NCBI GenBank assembly: GCA_902558225.1
Contig: CACEDG010000002.1
Location: forward strand, 21,661 to 85,660
Source of the DNA: an uncultured Pelagibacteraceae bacterium
Lineage (GTDB): Bacteria; Pseudomonadota; Alphaproteobacteria; Pelagibacterales; Pelagibacteraceae
DNA length: 64,000 nucleotides
Reading direction: 5' to 3'
A program made the translations under genes and the position numbers. Positions 1-9,886 of this stretch are shown here, piece after piece. Every line of letters begins with the position of its first letter. Positions within the stretch are counted from its first letter, which is position 1. The notes under the pieces are model-generated. The model worked only from the letters and a program-made list of their open reading frames with translations, did not search any database and was not told where the DNA came from.

Positions 1-51
1 TTTTTTCAATGGGTTTTCCACTTTGTCACCTGGCTCATAATCATAAATCAT
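1..51 (-). CDS. DUF3553-like small protein, N-terminal part (runs off window)
   Basis: Manual translation from ATG at 51 (minus): [17 protein letters not shown]..., open to the window edge. EPGDxVxNP resembles the alphaproteobacterial DUF3553 N-terminus. Confidence 0.55.
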   Translation of the reverse strand, partial: MIYDYEPGDKVENPLKK

Positions 52-92
52 TTAATTTAATTTATATAAGAATTGAGTATAAATACCATCAA

Positions 93-1211
93 ATGAAAAA
101 AGATTTAAATTCAATAGGAATTAATAAAAAACCTAAGGATACAACTATTGTTGTTGCAATGTCTGGCGGTGTAGATTCCTCGACAGTCGCAGGAATGATG
201 AAAAAAGATGGATATAATGTAATTGGTATTACATTAAAACTTTATGATGATAGTAAAGAAGTTGCTACTTCAAAACAATGTTGTTCTGGTCAAGATATTA
301 TGGATGCTAAAAGAGTGGCTAATAAATTAGGTATTAATCATAGAATTTTGTATTATCAAAATAAATTTAAACAAGGTGTTATTGATAATTTTGTAGATAG
401 TTATTTAAAGGGTGAGACACCAATACCCTGTGTACAATGTAATCAAACAGTAAAATTTAAAGATTTATTTGAAGTTTCAAAAGAATTAAGAGCTGATGCA
501 CTTGTGACTGGTCATTATGTAAAGACTGTAATCGAGGATGATAAAGCAAATATGTATAGAGCTTTAGATGAAAATAGAGATCAAAGTTATTTTTTATTTA
601 ATACAACCAAAGAACAATTAAATTATTTAAGGTTTCCGTTGGGAAATCTTCGTAAAGATGAAACAAGACAAATTGCTAAAAATCTTGATTTAAATGTTGC
701 TCATAAACCAGATAGTCAAGATATTTGCTTTGTTCCAAATGGTAACTATGCATCTGTAATTCAAAAATTCAGACCAGACTCATTTAAAAAAGGAAATATT
801 AAAGATTTAGATGGCAATGTAATAGGTGTTCATAATGGTATAATTAATTTCACAATTGGTCAAAGAAAAGGAATTAAAGTCTCAGATAAAAACGCTCTTT
901 ATGTTTTAAAAATAAATTCTGAAAAAAATGAGATCATTGTTGGATCAAAAGAAAATTTAGGAAAAAAGAAAATCCTTCTAAAAGACGTAAATTTACTTTG
1001 TGAAAAAAATGAATTGGAAAGTGATATTTTTGTAAAAGTTAGATCAACAGGAAAATTATTGGATGCTAAAGTAAACTTTAGTGACCAAAATGGTGTTGAT
1101 GTTAATCTAAAGATAGAGGAAGACGGTATTTCTCCAGGGCAAGCATGTGTATTTTATCGTAAAGATTCTTTAGGTTATAAAGTTTTGGGGGGTGGTTGGA
1201 TTAAGGAATAA
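93..1211 (+). CDS. mnmA: tRNA-specific 2-thiouridylase
   Basis: [12 protein letters not shown]-loop, [41 protein letters not shown]. Start moved from 9 to ATG at 93 (MKKDLN). Confidence 0.96.
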   Translation: MKKDLNSIGINKKPKDTTIVVAMSGGVDSSTVAGMMKKDGYNVIGITLKLYDDSKEVATSKQCCSGQDIMDAKRVANKLGINHRILYYQNKFKQGVIDNFVDSYLKGETPIPCVQCNQTVKFKDLFEVSKELRADALVTGHYVKTVIEDDKANMYRALDENRDQSYFLFNTTKEQLNYLRFPLGNLRKDETRQIAKNLDLNVAHKPDSQDICFVPNGNYASVIQKFRPDSFKKGNIKDLDGNVIGVHNGIINFTIGQRKGIKVSDKNALYVLKINSEKNEIIVGSKENLGKKKILLKDVNLLCEKNELESDIFVKVRSTGKLLDAKVNFSDQNGVDVNLKIEEDGISPGQACVFYRKDSLGYKVLGGGWIKE

Positions 1212-1212
1212 G

Positions 1213-1296
1213 CTATTTTTTCTTATTCTTTTTTCTTGCTCTTCTTTTTTTTGATCCCATTTTTCTTCGGCCTCGATGTTTCTTTGGGTAACTCAT
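1213..1296 (-). CDS. 27-aa highly basic peptide MSYPKKHRGRRKMGSKKRRARKKNKKK, candidate small ribosomal/RNA-binding protein
   Basis: Manual translation. ATG preceded by AAGGA SD-like motif; TAG stop abuts the mnmA stop; fills the intergenic gap. Confidence 0.6.
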   Translation of the reverse strand: MSYPKKHRGRRKMGSKKRRARKKNKKK

Positions 1297-1369
1297 TAAA
1301 TCCTTTTCATTAATTTATTGAATTTTCTATAGGGATATAGCATTGTCTTAACAGCATATCAATTTTTTT

Positions 1370-2545
1370 ATGGGCAAATCATTTAAGACATTTTTAAAAC
1401 ATACAGCAAAAGATTTTCATAACCAGTCAGTAAATCCACCAGTGGTAAGAGCATCGACAATTATTTTTAAGTCTATGCAACATATAAGAAAGACACAAAA
1501 AAAAGCTTTAAAAAACCCCACAGGTGGTCATTTTGATTACGGAAGACAAGGGACCTCTACTACTTATATATTGCAAAAGATTTTAACAAAACTTGAAGAG
1601 AGTTATCATGTTTTTACAACACCAACAGGTTTTGGCTCTGTTTTTTTAGCAATATTCAGCGTTGTTAGACCTGGTGATGAAATGTTAGTTGCAGATCCAG
1701 TTTACAGCCCTACACGAATTTTAACTGAAGATTATTTAAAAGATTTTAATATAAAGACAGTTTTTTATAATCCACACGACCTCAATACATTAAAAAACAA
1801 TATTACAAAGAAAACAAAATTGATTTTTGTAGAAAATCCTGGAAGTAATACTTTTGATTTTCAAGATTTGGGTAAAATTATTTCGATTGCAAAAAAGTAT
1901 AAGCTATACACTGCAATTGATAATACTTGGGGTACCCCTTATTACTTAAAACCAATTAAACTTGGTTTTGATATGTCAATTGTCTCTGCAACTAAATATT
2001 ATTCTGGACATTCAGATGTTATGGGTGGAAGTTTAGCAGTAAATAAAAGAGTATTTTCCAAAGTTAAAGCAGCAGAAAAAATTACAGGTCTTAGATTAGG
2101 ACCTGATGATGCTTATTTAATAACTAGGGGGTTAAGAACATTAGACGTGAGATTAGATAGACATAGAGAAAATGCTAAAAAAGTCGCAACATTTTTATCA
2201 AAAAATAAAAGAATTAAATTGTTATATCCTTTCAAAAAAAATTCGCAAAATTTTAGAATGTGGAAAAAATATTACTCAGGAGCGTCAGGTTTAATGGGAT
2301 TAAAGATAAAAGCTAAGAATATCAATTCTGTTCGAAAGTTTGTTAATTCACTGAAATTGTTTGGCTATGGCTATAGTTGGGGTGGATTTGAGAGTTTAGC
2401 GCTTCATCAAGAGTTTAGAGAAACTGGTAAAAGGAAATATATGAACTTACCAAAAGATGAACATTTAGTAAGATTACATATAGGTCTTGAAGATCCTAAT
2501 GATTTGATTGCTGATATTAAACAAGCTTTAAGACATTTAAGATGA
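1370..2545 (+). CDS. metC: Cystathionine beta-lyase (PLP trans-sulfuration enzyme)
   Basis: VNPPVVRASTI, YGRQGT, DNTW, SATKYYSGHSD (PLP lysine), GYSWGGFESL, RLHIGLED. Confidence 0.88.
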   Translation: MGKSFKTFLKHTAKDFHNQSVNPPVVRASTIIFKSMQHIRKTQKKALKNPTGGHFDYGRQGTSTTYILQKILTKLEESYHVFTTPTGFGSVFLAIFSVVRPGDEMLVADPVYSPTRILTEDYLKDFNIKTVFYNPHDLNTLKNNITKKTKLIFVENPGSNTFDFQDLGKIISIAKKYKLYTAIDNTWGTPYYLKPIKLGFDMSIVSATKYYSGHSDVMGGSLAVNKRVFSKVKAAEKITGLRLGPDDAYLITRGLRTLDVRLDRHRENAKKVATFLSKNKRIKLLYPFKKNSQNFRMWKKYYSGASGLMGLKIKAKNINSVRKFVNSLKLFGYGYSWGGFESLALHQEFRETGKRKYMNLPKDEHLVRLHIGLEDPNDLIADIKQALRHLR

Positions 2546-3762
2546 GTTCTGAAAAATTTTTTCGCTCAAAAACAGCGATAGTAACTTTATTTGCTGCATG
2601 CTTTGTTGTTCTAATTTCTTTGGGTGTTAGACAAACATTTGGTTTGTTCTTTATGGACTTCAACGAAAGTTTAAAGATAAGTAACACCGCGTTTGGTTTT
2701 GCAATCGGGATGCAGATGTTGATGTGGGGTTTAACAGGTCCTATCTTCGGAGCTATAGCAGATAAATACGGAGGACATATAGCTATAATTGGAGCATTTA
2801 TTTTTTATACTTTAGGCGTATATTTTTTATATACGGGTCCAAACACTGGAATATTTTTTCAAATCCATATGGGTTTATTAATCGGAATAGGTCTTGGTGG
2901 AACAGCAATAAGTATTCCTATGTCAGTTGTGGGGAAACATTTTCCATTATCTACAAGAACAATCGCTATGAGTTTTGTTACTGCTATTGGATCATTTGGT
3001 TACTTTCTTTCACCAATTTTCACTAATTTTTCTCTTACAGAGTTTGGTTGGAACTACACATTATTTGTCTTTTGCTTGTTTTTGTTATCCGGTTTAGTTG
3101 CTGCATATTTTGTAAGATCTCCATCTGAAATAGAAAGTGTTGAGAAAACTTCAGATCAATCTTTTAAGGAAGCTCTCTCAGAAGCTTTTAAAACTAAAAG
3201 TTATATTTTACTTGTATCTGGTTTTTTTGTGTGTGGCTTTCACATAACTTTGGTGGGAACGCATGTACCAAAATATGTAATAGATAGAGGACTTGAAGAT
3301 TGGACTGCAGCAGCAATTTTATCTTTAATCGGTTTATTTAATATTTTTGGCTCATTATTAAGTGGCTACCTCTCTGCAAAAATGAGTAAAAAAATTATCC
3401 TTAGTGCAATTTACTTTTTAAGAGGTGTTTCTATAATTTTTTTTATATTTATGCCCGCAAGTAATATCAATGCATTTTTATTTGGTGCAAGTTTTGGTTT
3501 TTTATGGCTATCAACAGTGCCAGCAACAAGTGGAATTGTAGCTCACCTATTTGGGACAAAATATTTAGGTCTTCTATATGGAATTGTATTCTTAAGTCAC
3601 CAAGTTGGATCTTTTTTTGGGGCTTATTTAGGGGGTTTATTTTATGATCTATATGGGTCATATGATTATGCGTGGTATTTAGCAATTGCATTATCAGTTT
3701 TTGCAGCAATAATTCATTTACCAATAAGAGAAGAACCAGTTTTAAGATTAAAAACAGAATAA
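2542..3762 (+). CDS. MFS transporter
   Basis: About 12 hydrophobic segments; GAIADKYG motif A; GFFVCGFH; HQVGSFFGAYLGG. Confidence 0.9.
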   Translation: MSSEKFFRSKTAIVTLFAACFVVLISLGVRQTFGLFFMDFNESLKISNTAFGFAIGMQMLMWGLTGPIFGAIADKYGGHIAIIGAFIFYTLGVYFLYTGPNTGIFFQIHMGLLIGIGLGGTAISIPMSVVGKHFPLSTRTIAMSFVTAIGSFGYFLSPIFTNFSLTEFGWNYTLFVFCLFLLSGLVAAYFVRSPSEIESVEKTSDQSFKEALSEAFKTKSYILLVSGFFVCGFHITLVGTHVPKYVIDRGLEDWTAAAILSLIGLFNIFGSLLSGYLSAKMSKKIILSAIYFLRGVSIIFFIFMPASNINAFLFGASFGFLWLSTVPATSGIVAHLFGTKYLGLLYGIVFLSHQVGSFFGAYLGGLFYDLYGSYDYAWYLAIALSVFAAIIHLPIREEPVLRLKTE

Positions 3763-3763
3763 T

Positions 3764-4915
3764 TTGAACAGATTAAATCAATTAACAGAGATACATCAGT
3801 CAGGAAAACCTTATATTATTTATAAATCTAAAAAAGGATTTAATATTTATACTAATTTCTCAAAAAAAATTATTTTAAATAATAAAAATATTAAAAGTTT
3901 TTTGATTAAAAAAAACAAAAAGAAATCAAAAAATACCGATCTTTTTATTGGTTTTTTTGGATATGAGTTATTAAATAATCTAATTGATGTTAAAATCCCA
4001 AAACAAAAAAATTTAAACTTTCCCAAAGGTATTTTCTATAAACCAGAAAAAAAGATTAAACTTAGCAACAAGTTAAATTTTAATTTTGAAACTTTTAAAT
4101 CAGGTAATTTTAAAATAAATATTAATAGAAAAAATTATACGAAAATATTCAATAAATTTAAGAAAAAAATAAAAAGTGGTGAAACATACCAAATTAAAAT
4201 TTGTACTAAATATAAAACAAAGTCGAAAATTAATCCTTTAGATTTTTTTGCGAGGTTATCTAATACTAATCTAGCTCCCGAGGCTTTTATGATTAAAGAT
4301 GATAATTTCTCAATAATTAGCTGTTCCCCAGAAACTTTAATTACAAAAAAGGGGAGTGATATATCCACAAAACCAATAGCTGGAACTGTAAAAAAGACCA
4401 AGCATTTAAATAAAATAAAAGCATTAAATTATTTTAGAAAAAATTTAAAAGAAACTAAAGAGCACAATATGATTGTTGATATGGAAAGAAATGATTTATC
4501 AAGAATTTGTAAAGTAGGGACTGTAAAACTATCTAAACAAAAAATTGTAGAAGAATATAAAGACCTTTTTCATTATGTTAGCCTTATCAAGGGAAAATTA
4601 AAAAAAGATATAAATAATTTTGAAATAATTAAAGCAATGATGCCAGGTGGTTCAGTCATTGGGTGTCCAAAGATAAATACTCTTAATCTTTTAAATAATC
4701 AGGAAAAAGAAAATAGAAATATTTATACGGGAAGTTTTGGTTACATAAAATTTAATGGTGATATGAGATTTAATATCATTATACGTTCAATTTTGAATTT
4801 TAAAAATATATCTGAAATTTCAGTTGCCTCAGGTGTTGTTGTAGATAGTAATGCTAATCATGAATTTAATGAGAATTTTCTCAAAGCCAAAGCGCTAATA
4901 GATTTATTTAAATGA
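3764..4915 (+). CDS. pabB: Chorismate-binding enzyme, aminodeoxychorismate synthase component I-like
   Basis: GETYQ, SPE, KPIAGT, EHNMIVDMERNDL, PGGSVIGCPK, YTGSFG; adjacent GATase and class IV PLP gene; TTG start. Confidence 0.75.
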   Translation: MNRLNQLTEIHQSGKPYIIYKSKKGFNIYTNFSKKIILNNKNIKSFLIKKNKKKSKNTDLFIGFFGYELLNNLIDVKIPKQKNLNFPKGIFYKPEKKIKLSNKLNFNFETFKSGNFKININRKNYTKIFNKFKKKIKSGETYQIKICTKYKTKSKINPLDFFARLSNTNLAPEAFMIKDDNFSIISCSPETLITKKGSDISTKPIAGTVKKTKHLNKIKALNYFRKNLKETKEHNMIVDMERNDLSRICKVGTVKLSKQKIVEEYKDLFHYVSLIKGKLKKDINNFEIIKAMMPGGSVIGCPKINTLNLLNNQEKENRNIYTGSFGYIKFNGDMRFNIIIRSILNFKNISEISVASGVVVDSNANHEFNENFLKAKALIDLFK

Positions 4916-5469
4916 TTTACGTAATCGATCATAACGATTCCTTTACTCATAATGTAGTTCATCAATTTGCCTTATTTGATAAAGTAGAGTGTGATAATTA
5001 TGATAAAATTAGTGAAAATAAAATTAAGCGAGCATCAACAATAGTTTTCTCACCAGGGCCAGGTAATCCTAAAAATTATCCAATCACTTCAAAAATTTAT
5101 AAAAAATATAAAGGAAAAAAAAAGATAATTGGGATTTGTTTAGGGTTTCAACACATTTTATTCTGTGAAGGAGCAAAAATTGTTGAACAGAAAAAGATTT
5201 ATCATGGTTTTCAATCAAATGTGAAAGTAATTAACAATAAATCTTTATTCAAAAAAGAAAAAATATTCAAAGTTGGCAGGTATCACTCTTTGAAGTTAAA
5301 AGAGCCTTTCAAATCTAATAATTTTGAGATAACTATGAGGTGTTTAAATTCAAATGTCGCTATGGCATTTGAAAATCATAAGGAAAAAATATATGGATTT
5401 CAATTTCACCCAGAATCTTTTTTAACTATCAATGGTAACTTACTTATTAAAAAAATCTTATCTGCTTAA
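4912..5469 (+). CDS. pabA: Glutamine amidotransferase, ADC/anthranilate synthase component II
   Basis: IDHNDSFT, SPGPGNP, GICLGFQ, RYHSL, QFHPES. Confidence 0.8.
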   Translation: MIYVIDHNDSFTHNVVHQFALFDKVECDNYDKISENKIKRASTIVFSPGPGNPKNYPITSKIYKKYKGKKKIIGICLGFQHILFCEGAKIVEQKKIYHGFQSNVKVINNKSLFKKEKIFKVGRYHSLKLKEPFKSNNFEITMRCLNSNVAMAFENHKEKIYGFQFHPESFLTINGNLLIKKILSA

Positions 5470-6205
5470 AGACTTAAAACAAATTGAATTTCAAGATCTT
5501 TGGGGAGGTCACGGAATTTTTACAACAATGTGGATTTTTGGAAAACCACCAAAAATTTTATTTTTCGATAATCATTTAAAAAATTTAATTTCATCCTTAA
5601 AAAAATATCGAATTAAAAAAAAATCTTTAAAAAAAGATATTTTAAAAATAATTAATAAAAATTTATCTAAAAAAAGGAATTATAATCATTTATTGAGAAT
5701 TGCTATAAATAAGAAAATTATTTCAATATCTTTAAGAAAAAGACTTAAACCAAAATTAAATTTCAATTTAAAGTTAGTAAAATTCAAAAGAGAAAAACCA
5801 GAATTTAAAAATCTTAAATACAAAAAAATCTTATCATATTTAACTAGAATGGATAACTCTCAATCAGATATTGCATTGGTATCTAATAAGAAATTATTAG
5901 AAACTGGAACCTCAAATTTATTATTTGTTAAAAATCAAAAATTTTTTACACCTAAAAAAGATTATTATGAGGGAAATACTTATAAATTTTTTAAAACCAA
6001 AATTAAAAAAATAATTAAGAAAGATATTTTGCTTAAAGAGATAAAAAATTATGATGAAATATTATTAATAGGATCTGGGAAAGGGGTTACTTCAGTTAGA
6101 ACTATAAATGAGCTCAAATGGAAAAGAAAAAACCTTAAAAAATTCAAGTTTCTATCAAAACAATATGATGAAGTTATAAATAAATGCAATTCTTATAGAT
6201 TTTAG
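5432..6205 (+). CDS. pabC: Aminotransferase class IV, probable 4-amino-4-deoxychorismate lyase
   Basis: GIFTTM, FDNHLKNL, KNLKY, LETGTSNLLF, YEGNT; follows pabB-pabA. Confidence 0.65.
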   Translation: MVTYLLKKSYLLKDLKQIEFQDLWGGHGIFTTMWIFGKPPKILFFDNHLKNLISSLKKYRIKKKSLKKDILKIINKNLSKKRNYNHLLRIAINKKIISISLRKRLKPKLNFNLKLVKFKREKPEFKNLKYKKILSYLTRMDNSQSDIALVSNKKLLETGTSNLLFVKNQKFFTPKKDYYEGNTYKFFKTKIKKIIKKDILLKEIKNYDEILLIGSGKGVTSVRTINELKWKRKNLKKFKFLSKQYDEVINKCNSYRF

Positions 6206-6208
6206 GTA

Positions 6209-6607
6209 ATGAAAGATCCAAACAATCCTTGTTTATTTTGTAATGTTAAAAAAACTGGATGTGCTCATGAAAATGAGTTCGCATATGCAAGTTATGACTC
6301 ATATCCAGTTTCAGAACATCATTGTTTAATTATACCCAAAAGACACATAAAGGATTATTTTGATTTATCTAATGATGAATTAATTGCGTGTAATGATCTT
6401 ATTAAAATTATAAAAAAAGAAATAACCGATAGAGATCCTTTAGTTAAAGGATTTAATCTAGGTACAAATATAGGAATTGTATCTGGTCAGTCTATTTTAC
6501 ATTGTCATTTTCATCTGATTCCCCGTAGAAAAGGAGATGTAGTTAATCCTCAGGGTGGAGTACGATCAGTCATCCCAAACAAACAACATTATAAAAGAAA
6601 TAATTAG
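6209..6607 (+). CDS. HIT-family nucleotide hydrolase/transferase
   Basis: CLFC N-terminus, YPVSEHHCLIIPKRH, GQSILHCHFHLIPRR histidine triad. Confidence 0.92.
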   Translation: MKDPNNPCLFCNVKKTGCAHENEFAYASYDSYPVSEHHCLIIPKRHIKDYFDLSNDELIACNDLIKIIKKEITDRDPLVKGFNLGTNIGIVSGQSILHCHFHLIPRRKGDVVNPQGGVRSVIPNKQHYKRNN

Positions 6608-6624
6608 CCTGTTATAAAGACAAA

Positions 6625-6659
6625 TTGACCCCAGTTTGTGGTTGAACTATAAATTCAAC
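6625..6659 (+). promoter_or_regulatory. Sigma70-like promoter of aprM with an inverted repeat flanking the -10 element
   Basis: TTGACC (6625-6630), 17 nt, TATAAA (6648-6653); GTTGAA-N7-TTCAAC palindrome at 6641-6659. Confidence 0.5.
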
Positions 6660-6706
6660 TATATATAAAACTTTAAAATTAATTCAAAATTTAACAAAAG
6701 GCGGAA

Positions 6707-7501
6707 ATGTTAGGTAATAATCCTTTTTCAATTTTATCCGAGACAATTTCACCATTAGCAATGCAATCTTTTATCATTGCAATGATTTTGTTAATTGCAG
6801 TTGGAACTATTATTCAAATGATACATCATAAAAATTTGACTTATTTTTTTAACAATGCCAAAAAAGCAAAACTATCAGCAACAAAAAAGCTTGGTGTTGG
6901 AGAAAAGGTTTCCGTTATTGCAAAAACAACAGTTGTAGATATTGGTACAACCTCAGAATTAGGTTTTGGTAAAAGAAGATTGGCCCATGTTCTAGGAATG
7001 TATGGAACAATTTTATTTTGGGTGTCTTCAGTTATTTTAGTTTTTTGTTACACAGGTGCTGATAAACCAAGCTCTCAAACTTGGTCAACGATTTGGCATG
7101 CAGGAGCAATCTTAACATGTTTAGGTGGATATTGGTTTTGGTTTTTTTTAAGAGTTGATGTCTCAGCAGAAGCACATCCTTGGTATAGAATCATTAAAGC
7201 TGATTTATTTGTTTTAGCTTTACTTGCCTGTTCAACTTTTGGACTAGCATGGTCTTACACTCAATTTAGTGGACAAATAGGATTATCATATTTATTTTTA
7301 ATTTTATTTGTTGCATCTAATTTAATTCTATTTGGTGGTGTATATTGGTCTAAATTTGCGCACATGTTCTATAAACCTGGAGCAGCAATACAAAAAAATT
7401 TAGCAGAGGCTGATGGATCTAGGGATAATTTACCCCCACCAGCTGACGCGCCTGAGCAATTTGGCTTGGGTATAAAAAGAGAAGAGCCAAAACATTATTA
7501 A
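6707..7501 (+). CDS. aprM: Adenylylsulfate reductase membrane anchor
   Basis: Multi-TM protein immediately upstream of aprBA; RRLAHVLGMYG and SKFAHMFYKP histidine motifs. Confidence 0.88.
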   Translation: MLGNNPFSILSETISPLAMQSFIIAMILLIAVGTIIQMIHHKNLTYFFNNAKKAKLSATKKLGVGEKVSVIAKTTVVDIGTTSELGFGKRRLAHVLGMYGTILFWVSSVILVFCYTGADKPSSQTWSTIWHAGAILTCLGGYWFWFFLRVDVSAEAHPWYRIIKADLFVLALLACSTFGLAWSYTQFSGQIGLSYLFLILFVASNLILFGGVYWSKFAHMFYKPGAAIQKNLAEADGSRDNLPPPADAPEQFGLGIKREEPKHY

Positions 7502-7534
7502 TATGTTAATAGAAAAAGGAGTAAAATAAAAATT

Positions 7535-8005
7535 ATGTCAACTTTTGTATACATGACAAGATGTGATGGTTGTGGACATTGCGTAGATATATGTCCCTCA
7601 GACATCATGCATATTGATGAAAATATTAGAAGAGCAAAAAATATTGAACCAAATTTTTGTTGGGAGTGTTATTCATGTGTTAAAGCATGTCCCAATCATG
7701 CGATTGATGTTAGAGGGTATGCTGATTTTGCTCCAATGGGACACAGTGTTAGAGTTAGAAGAGAAGAAGAAAAAGGTACTATATCTTGGAAAATTAAATT
7801 TAGAAATGGCACAGAAAAAAACTTTGTGTCACCAATTACAACGAAACCTTGGGGAAAATTTATTCCTAAGCTTGCTGAAGGTGATACACCTAATCAAGGA
7901 GAGATTAATTCACAAAGATTATATAGTGAGCCTGAGGGTTTAAATACCAACAAAGAATTACCATCAGTCCCTAAAGAATCTTTCAAAAAAGGGGTTTATT
8001 ATTAA
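7535..8005 (+). CDS. aprB: Adenylylsulfate reductase beta subunit (2x[4Fe-4S])
   Basis: CDGCGHCVDICPSDIM, CWECYSCVKACP, RGYADFAP. Confidence 0.96.
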   Translation: MSTFVYMTRCDGCGHCVDICPSDIMHIDENIRRAKNIEPNFCWECYSCVKACPNHAIDVRGYADFAPMGHSVRVRREEEKGTISWKIKFRNGTEKNFVSPITTKPWGKFIPKLAEGDTPNQGEINSQRLYSEPEGLNTNKELPSVPKESFKKGVYY

Positions 8006-9864
8006 TGGCTAAGCATAAAACACACTATGAAGAATGTGATGTGTTAGTTGTTGGTGGTGGAATGGCTGGCACTGGAGCAACATTTGAGGCTAGACATTGG
8101 GGAAGAGATTTAAAAATTGTTTGTGTAGAAAAAGCAAACATTGATCGAAGTGGTGCGGTCGCACAAGGCTTATATGCAATCAATTGCTACATGGGTATGC
8201 AGTGGGATGAAAACCAGCCTGAAGACCATGTAAGATATGCTAGGAATGATTTAATGGGAATGGTTAGAGAAGATTTGGGTTATGACATGGCCCGTCATGT
8301 AGACTCTACTGTTCATATGTTTGACGAATGGGGTCTTCCGATGATGAAAAATGAAAAAACAGGAAGATATCTAAGAGAAGGTAAATGGCAAATCATGATT
8401 CATGGTGAAAGTTATAAACCAATTGTTGCTGAGGCAGCAAAAAAATCTGCAGATAAAATTTACAATAGAATAATGGTTACACATTTATTAATGGACGAGG
8501 CTCATGAAAATAGAATTGGTGGAGCAGTTGGTTTTAATATGAGAACTGGAGATTTTCATGTGTTTAGAGCTAAAGCTGTTATTGTTGCAGCTGGTGGAGC
8601 ATCACACATATTTAAGCCTAGAGCTGTTGGAGAAGGAATGGGAAGAACTTGGTACGCACCATGGAGTAATGGATCAGCTTATGCTTTACCTATTGCAGCA
8701 GGCGCGAAGATGACTCAAATGGAAAATAGAATTGTATTGTGTAGATTTAAAGATGGTTATGGACCTGTTGGAGCATACTTTTTACATTTAAAAACATATA
8801 CACAAAATGCCAATGGCGAAAACTATGAAAAAAAATGGTACGATCAAACTAAAGAATTAGTGGGGGAGTATATTGATCATCACCCAACTCCTACTTGTTT
8901 AAGAAATCACGCATTTATTCAAGAGGTTGCCGCAGGAGGTGGACCAATACACATGGTAACTAAAGAGGCTTTTCAAGACCCTCATTTAGAAACTGTGGGT
9001 TGGGAAAACTTTTTAGGGATGACAGTCGGTCAAGCGGTTGTTTGGGCGTCACAAAATATTGATCCAAAATATACAAATCCAGAACTCACCACATCTGAGC
9101 CGTACGTAATGGGTTCACATGCTACATGTTCTGGAGCATGGGTTAGTGGACCAGAAGATTTATCTCCTCCAGAATATTTCTGGGGCTATAATAGAATGTT
9201 AACAATTGATGGACTTTTTGGTGCAGGAGATACAGTAGGTGGTAGTGCTCACAAATTTTCATCAGGCTCATTTACTGAGGGAAGATTAGCAGCAAAAGCT
9301 GCAGTAAAGTATATTGAAGATAAAAAAGCTGAGGGAATAAATGTTTCAGACAAACAATGTGATGATTTTAAAAAGGCAGTTTATAAACCTTTAGACACTT
9401 ATACAGTTGCTCAAAACGAGATTACGGGTGGAACAGTTTCCCCAAGCTATATTTCGCCAATTCAAGGTCTTCAAAGACTTCAAAAAATTATGGATGAATA
9501 TGTAGGAGGTATTACATCTAACTATATGACAAATGGTAATTTATTAAAAAAAGCCCTTGAGTTGTTAGATTGGCTTCAAGAGGATTTGGAAAATGTAGGA
9601 GCTGAAGATTACCATCAATTAATGAGAGCATGGGAGTTAAAACATAGAGCCTTGACATCCCAGTGTGTAACTGAGCATACTTTATTTAGAGAAGAAACTC
9701 GTTGGCCTGGTTATTATTATAGAGGAGATTATATGAAACTAGATGATGAGAATTGGCATTGTTTAACTGTTTCAAGAAGAGACCCTAAAACAGGTAAATT
9801 TACACTAGAGAAGGTTCCTGTTTATCATATTGTTGACGAGGAAGAAAAAAAGAAAGCGTCTTAG
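8005..9864 (+). CDS. aprA: Adenylylsulfate reductase alpha subunit (FAD)
   Basis: GGGMAGTG, RSGAVAQGLYAIN, GKWQIMIHGESYK, RFKDGYGPVGA, HKFSSGS, REETRWPG. Confidence 0.97.
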   Translation: MAKHKTHYEECDVLVVGGGMAGTGATFEARHWGRDLKIVCVEKANIDRSGAVAQGLYAINCYMGMQWDENQPEDHVRYARNDLMGMVREDLGYDMARHVDSTVHMFDEWGLPMMKNEKTGRYLREGKWQIMIHGESYKPIVAEAAKKSADKIYNRIMVTHLLMDEAHENRIGGAVGFNMRTGDFHVFRAKAVIVAAGGASHIFKPRAVGEGMGRTWYAPWSNGSAYALPIAAGAKMTQMENRIVLCRFKDGYGPVGAYFLHLKTYTQNANGENYEKKWYDQTKELVGEYIDHHPTPTCLRNHAFIQEVAAGGGPIHMVTKEAFQDPHLETVGWENFLGMTVGQAVVWASQNIDPKYTNPELTTSEPYVMGSHATCSGAWVSGPEDLSPPEYFWGYNRMLTIDGLFGAGDTVGGSAHKFSSGSFTEGRLAAKAAVKYIEDKKAEGINVSDKQCDDFKKAVYKPLDTYTVAQNEITGGTVSPSYISPIQGLQRLQKIMDEYVGGITSNYMTNGNLLKKALELLDWLQEDLENVGAEDYHQLMRAWELKHRALTSQCVTEHTLFREETRWPGYYYRGDYMKLDDENWHCLTVSRRDPKTGKFTLEKVPVYHIVDEEEKKKAS

Positions 9865-9886
9865 TACTCTTAAAAAATAAAATTCA

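Noticed and set aside
1297-1369. SAM or other riboswitch upstream of metC
   Set aside because: The gap is only 73 nt, shared with a divergent ORF, and no recognisable aptamer motif or stem is visible.
6707-9864. Dissimilatory or assimilatory sulfate reduction
   Set aside because: The AprM anchor marks the oxidative-type arrangement; no qmo, dsr, sat or cys genes in the window.
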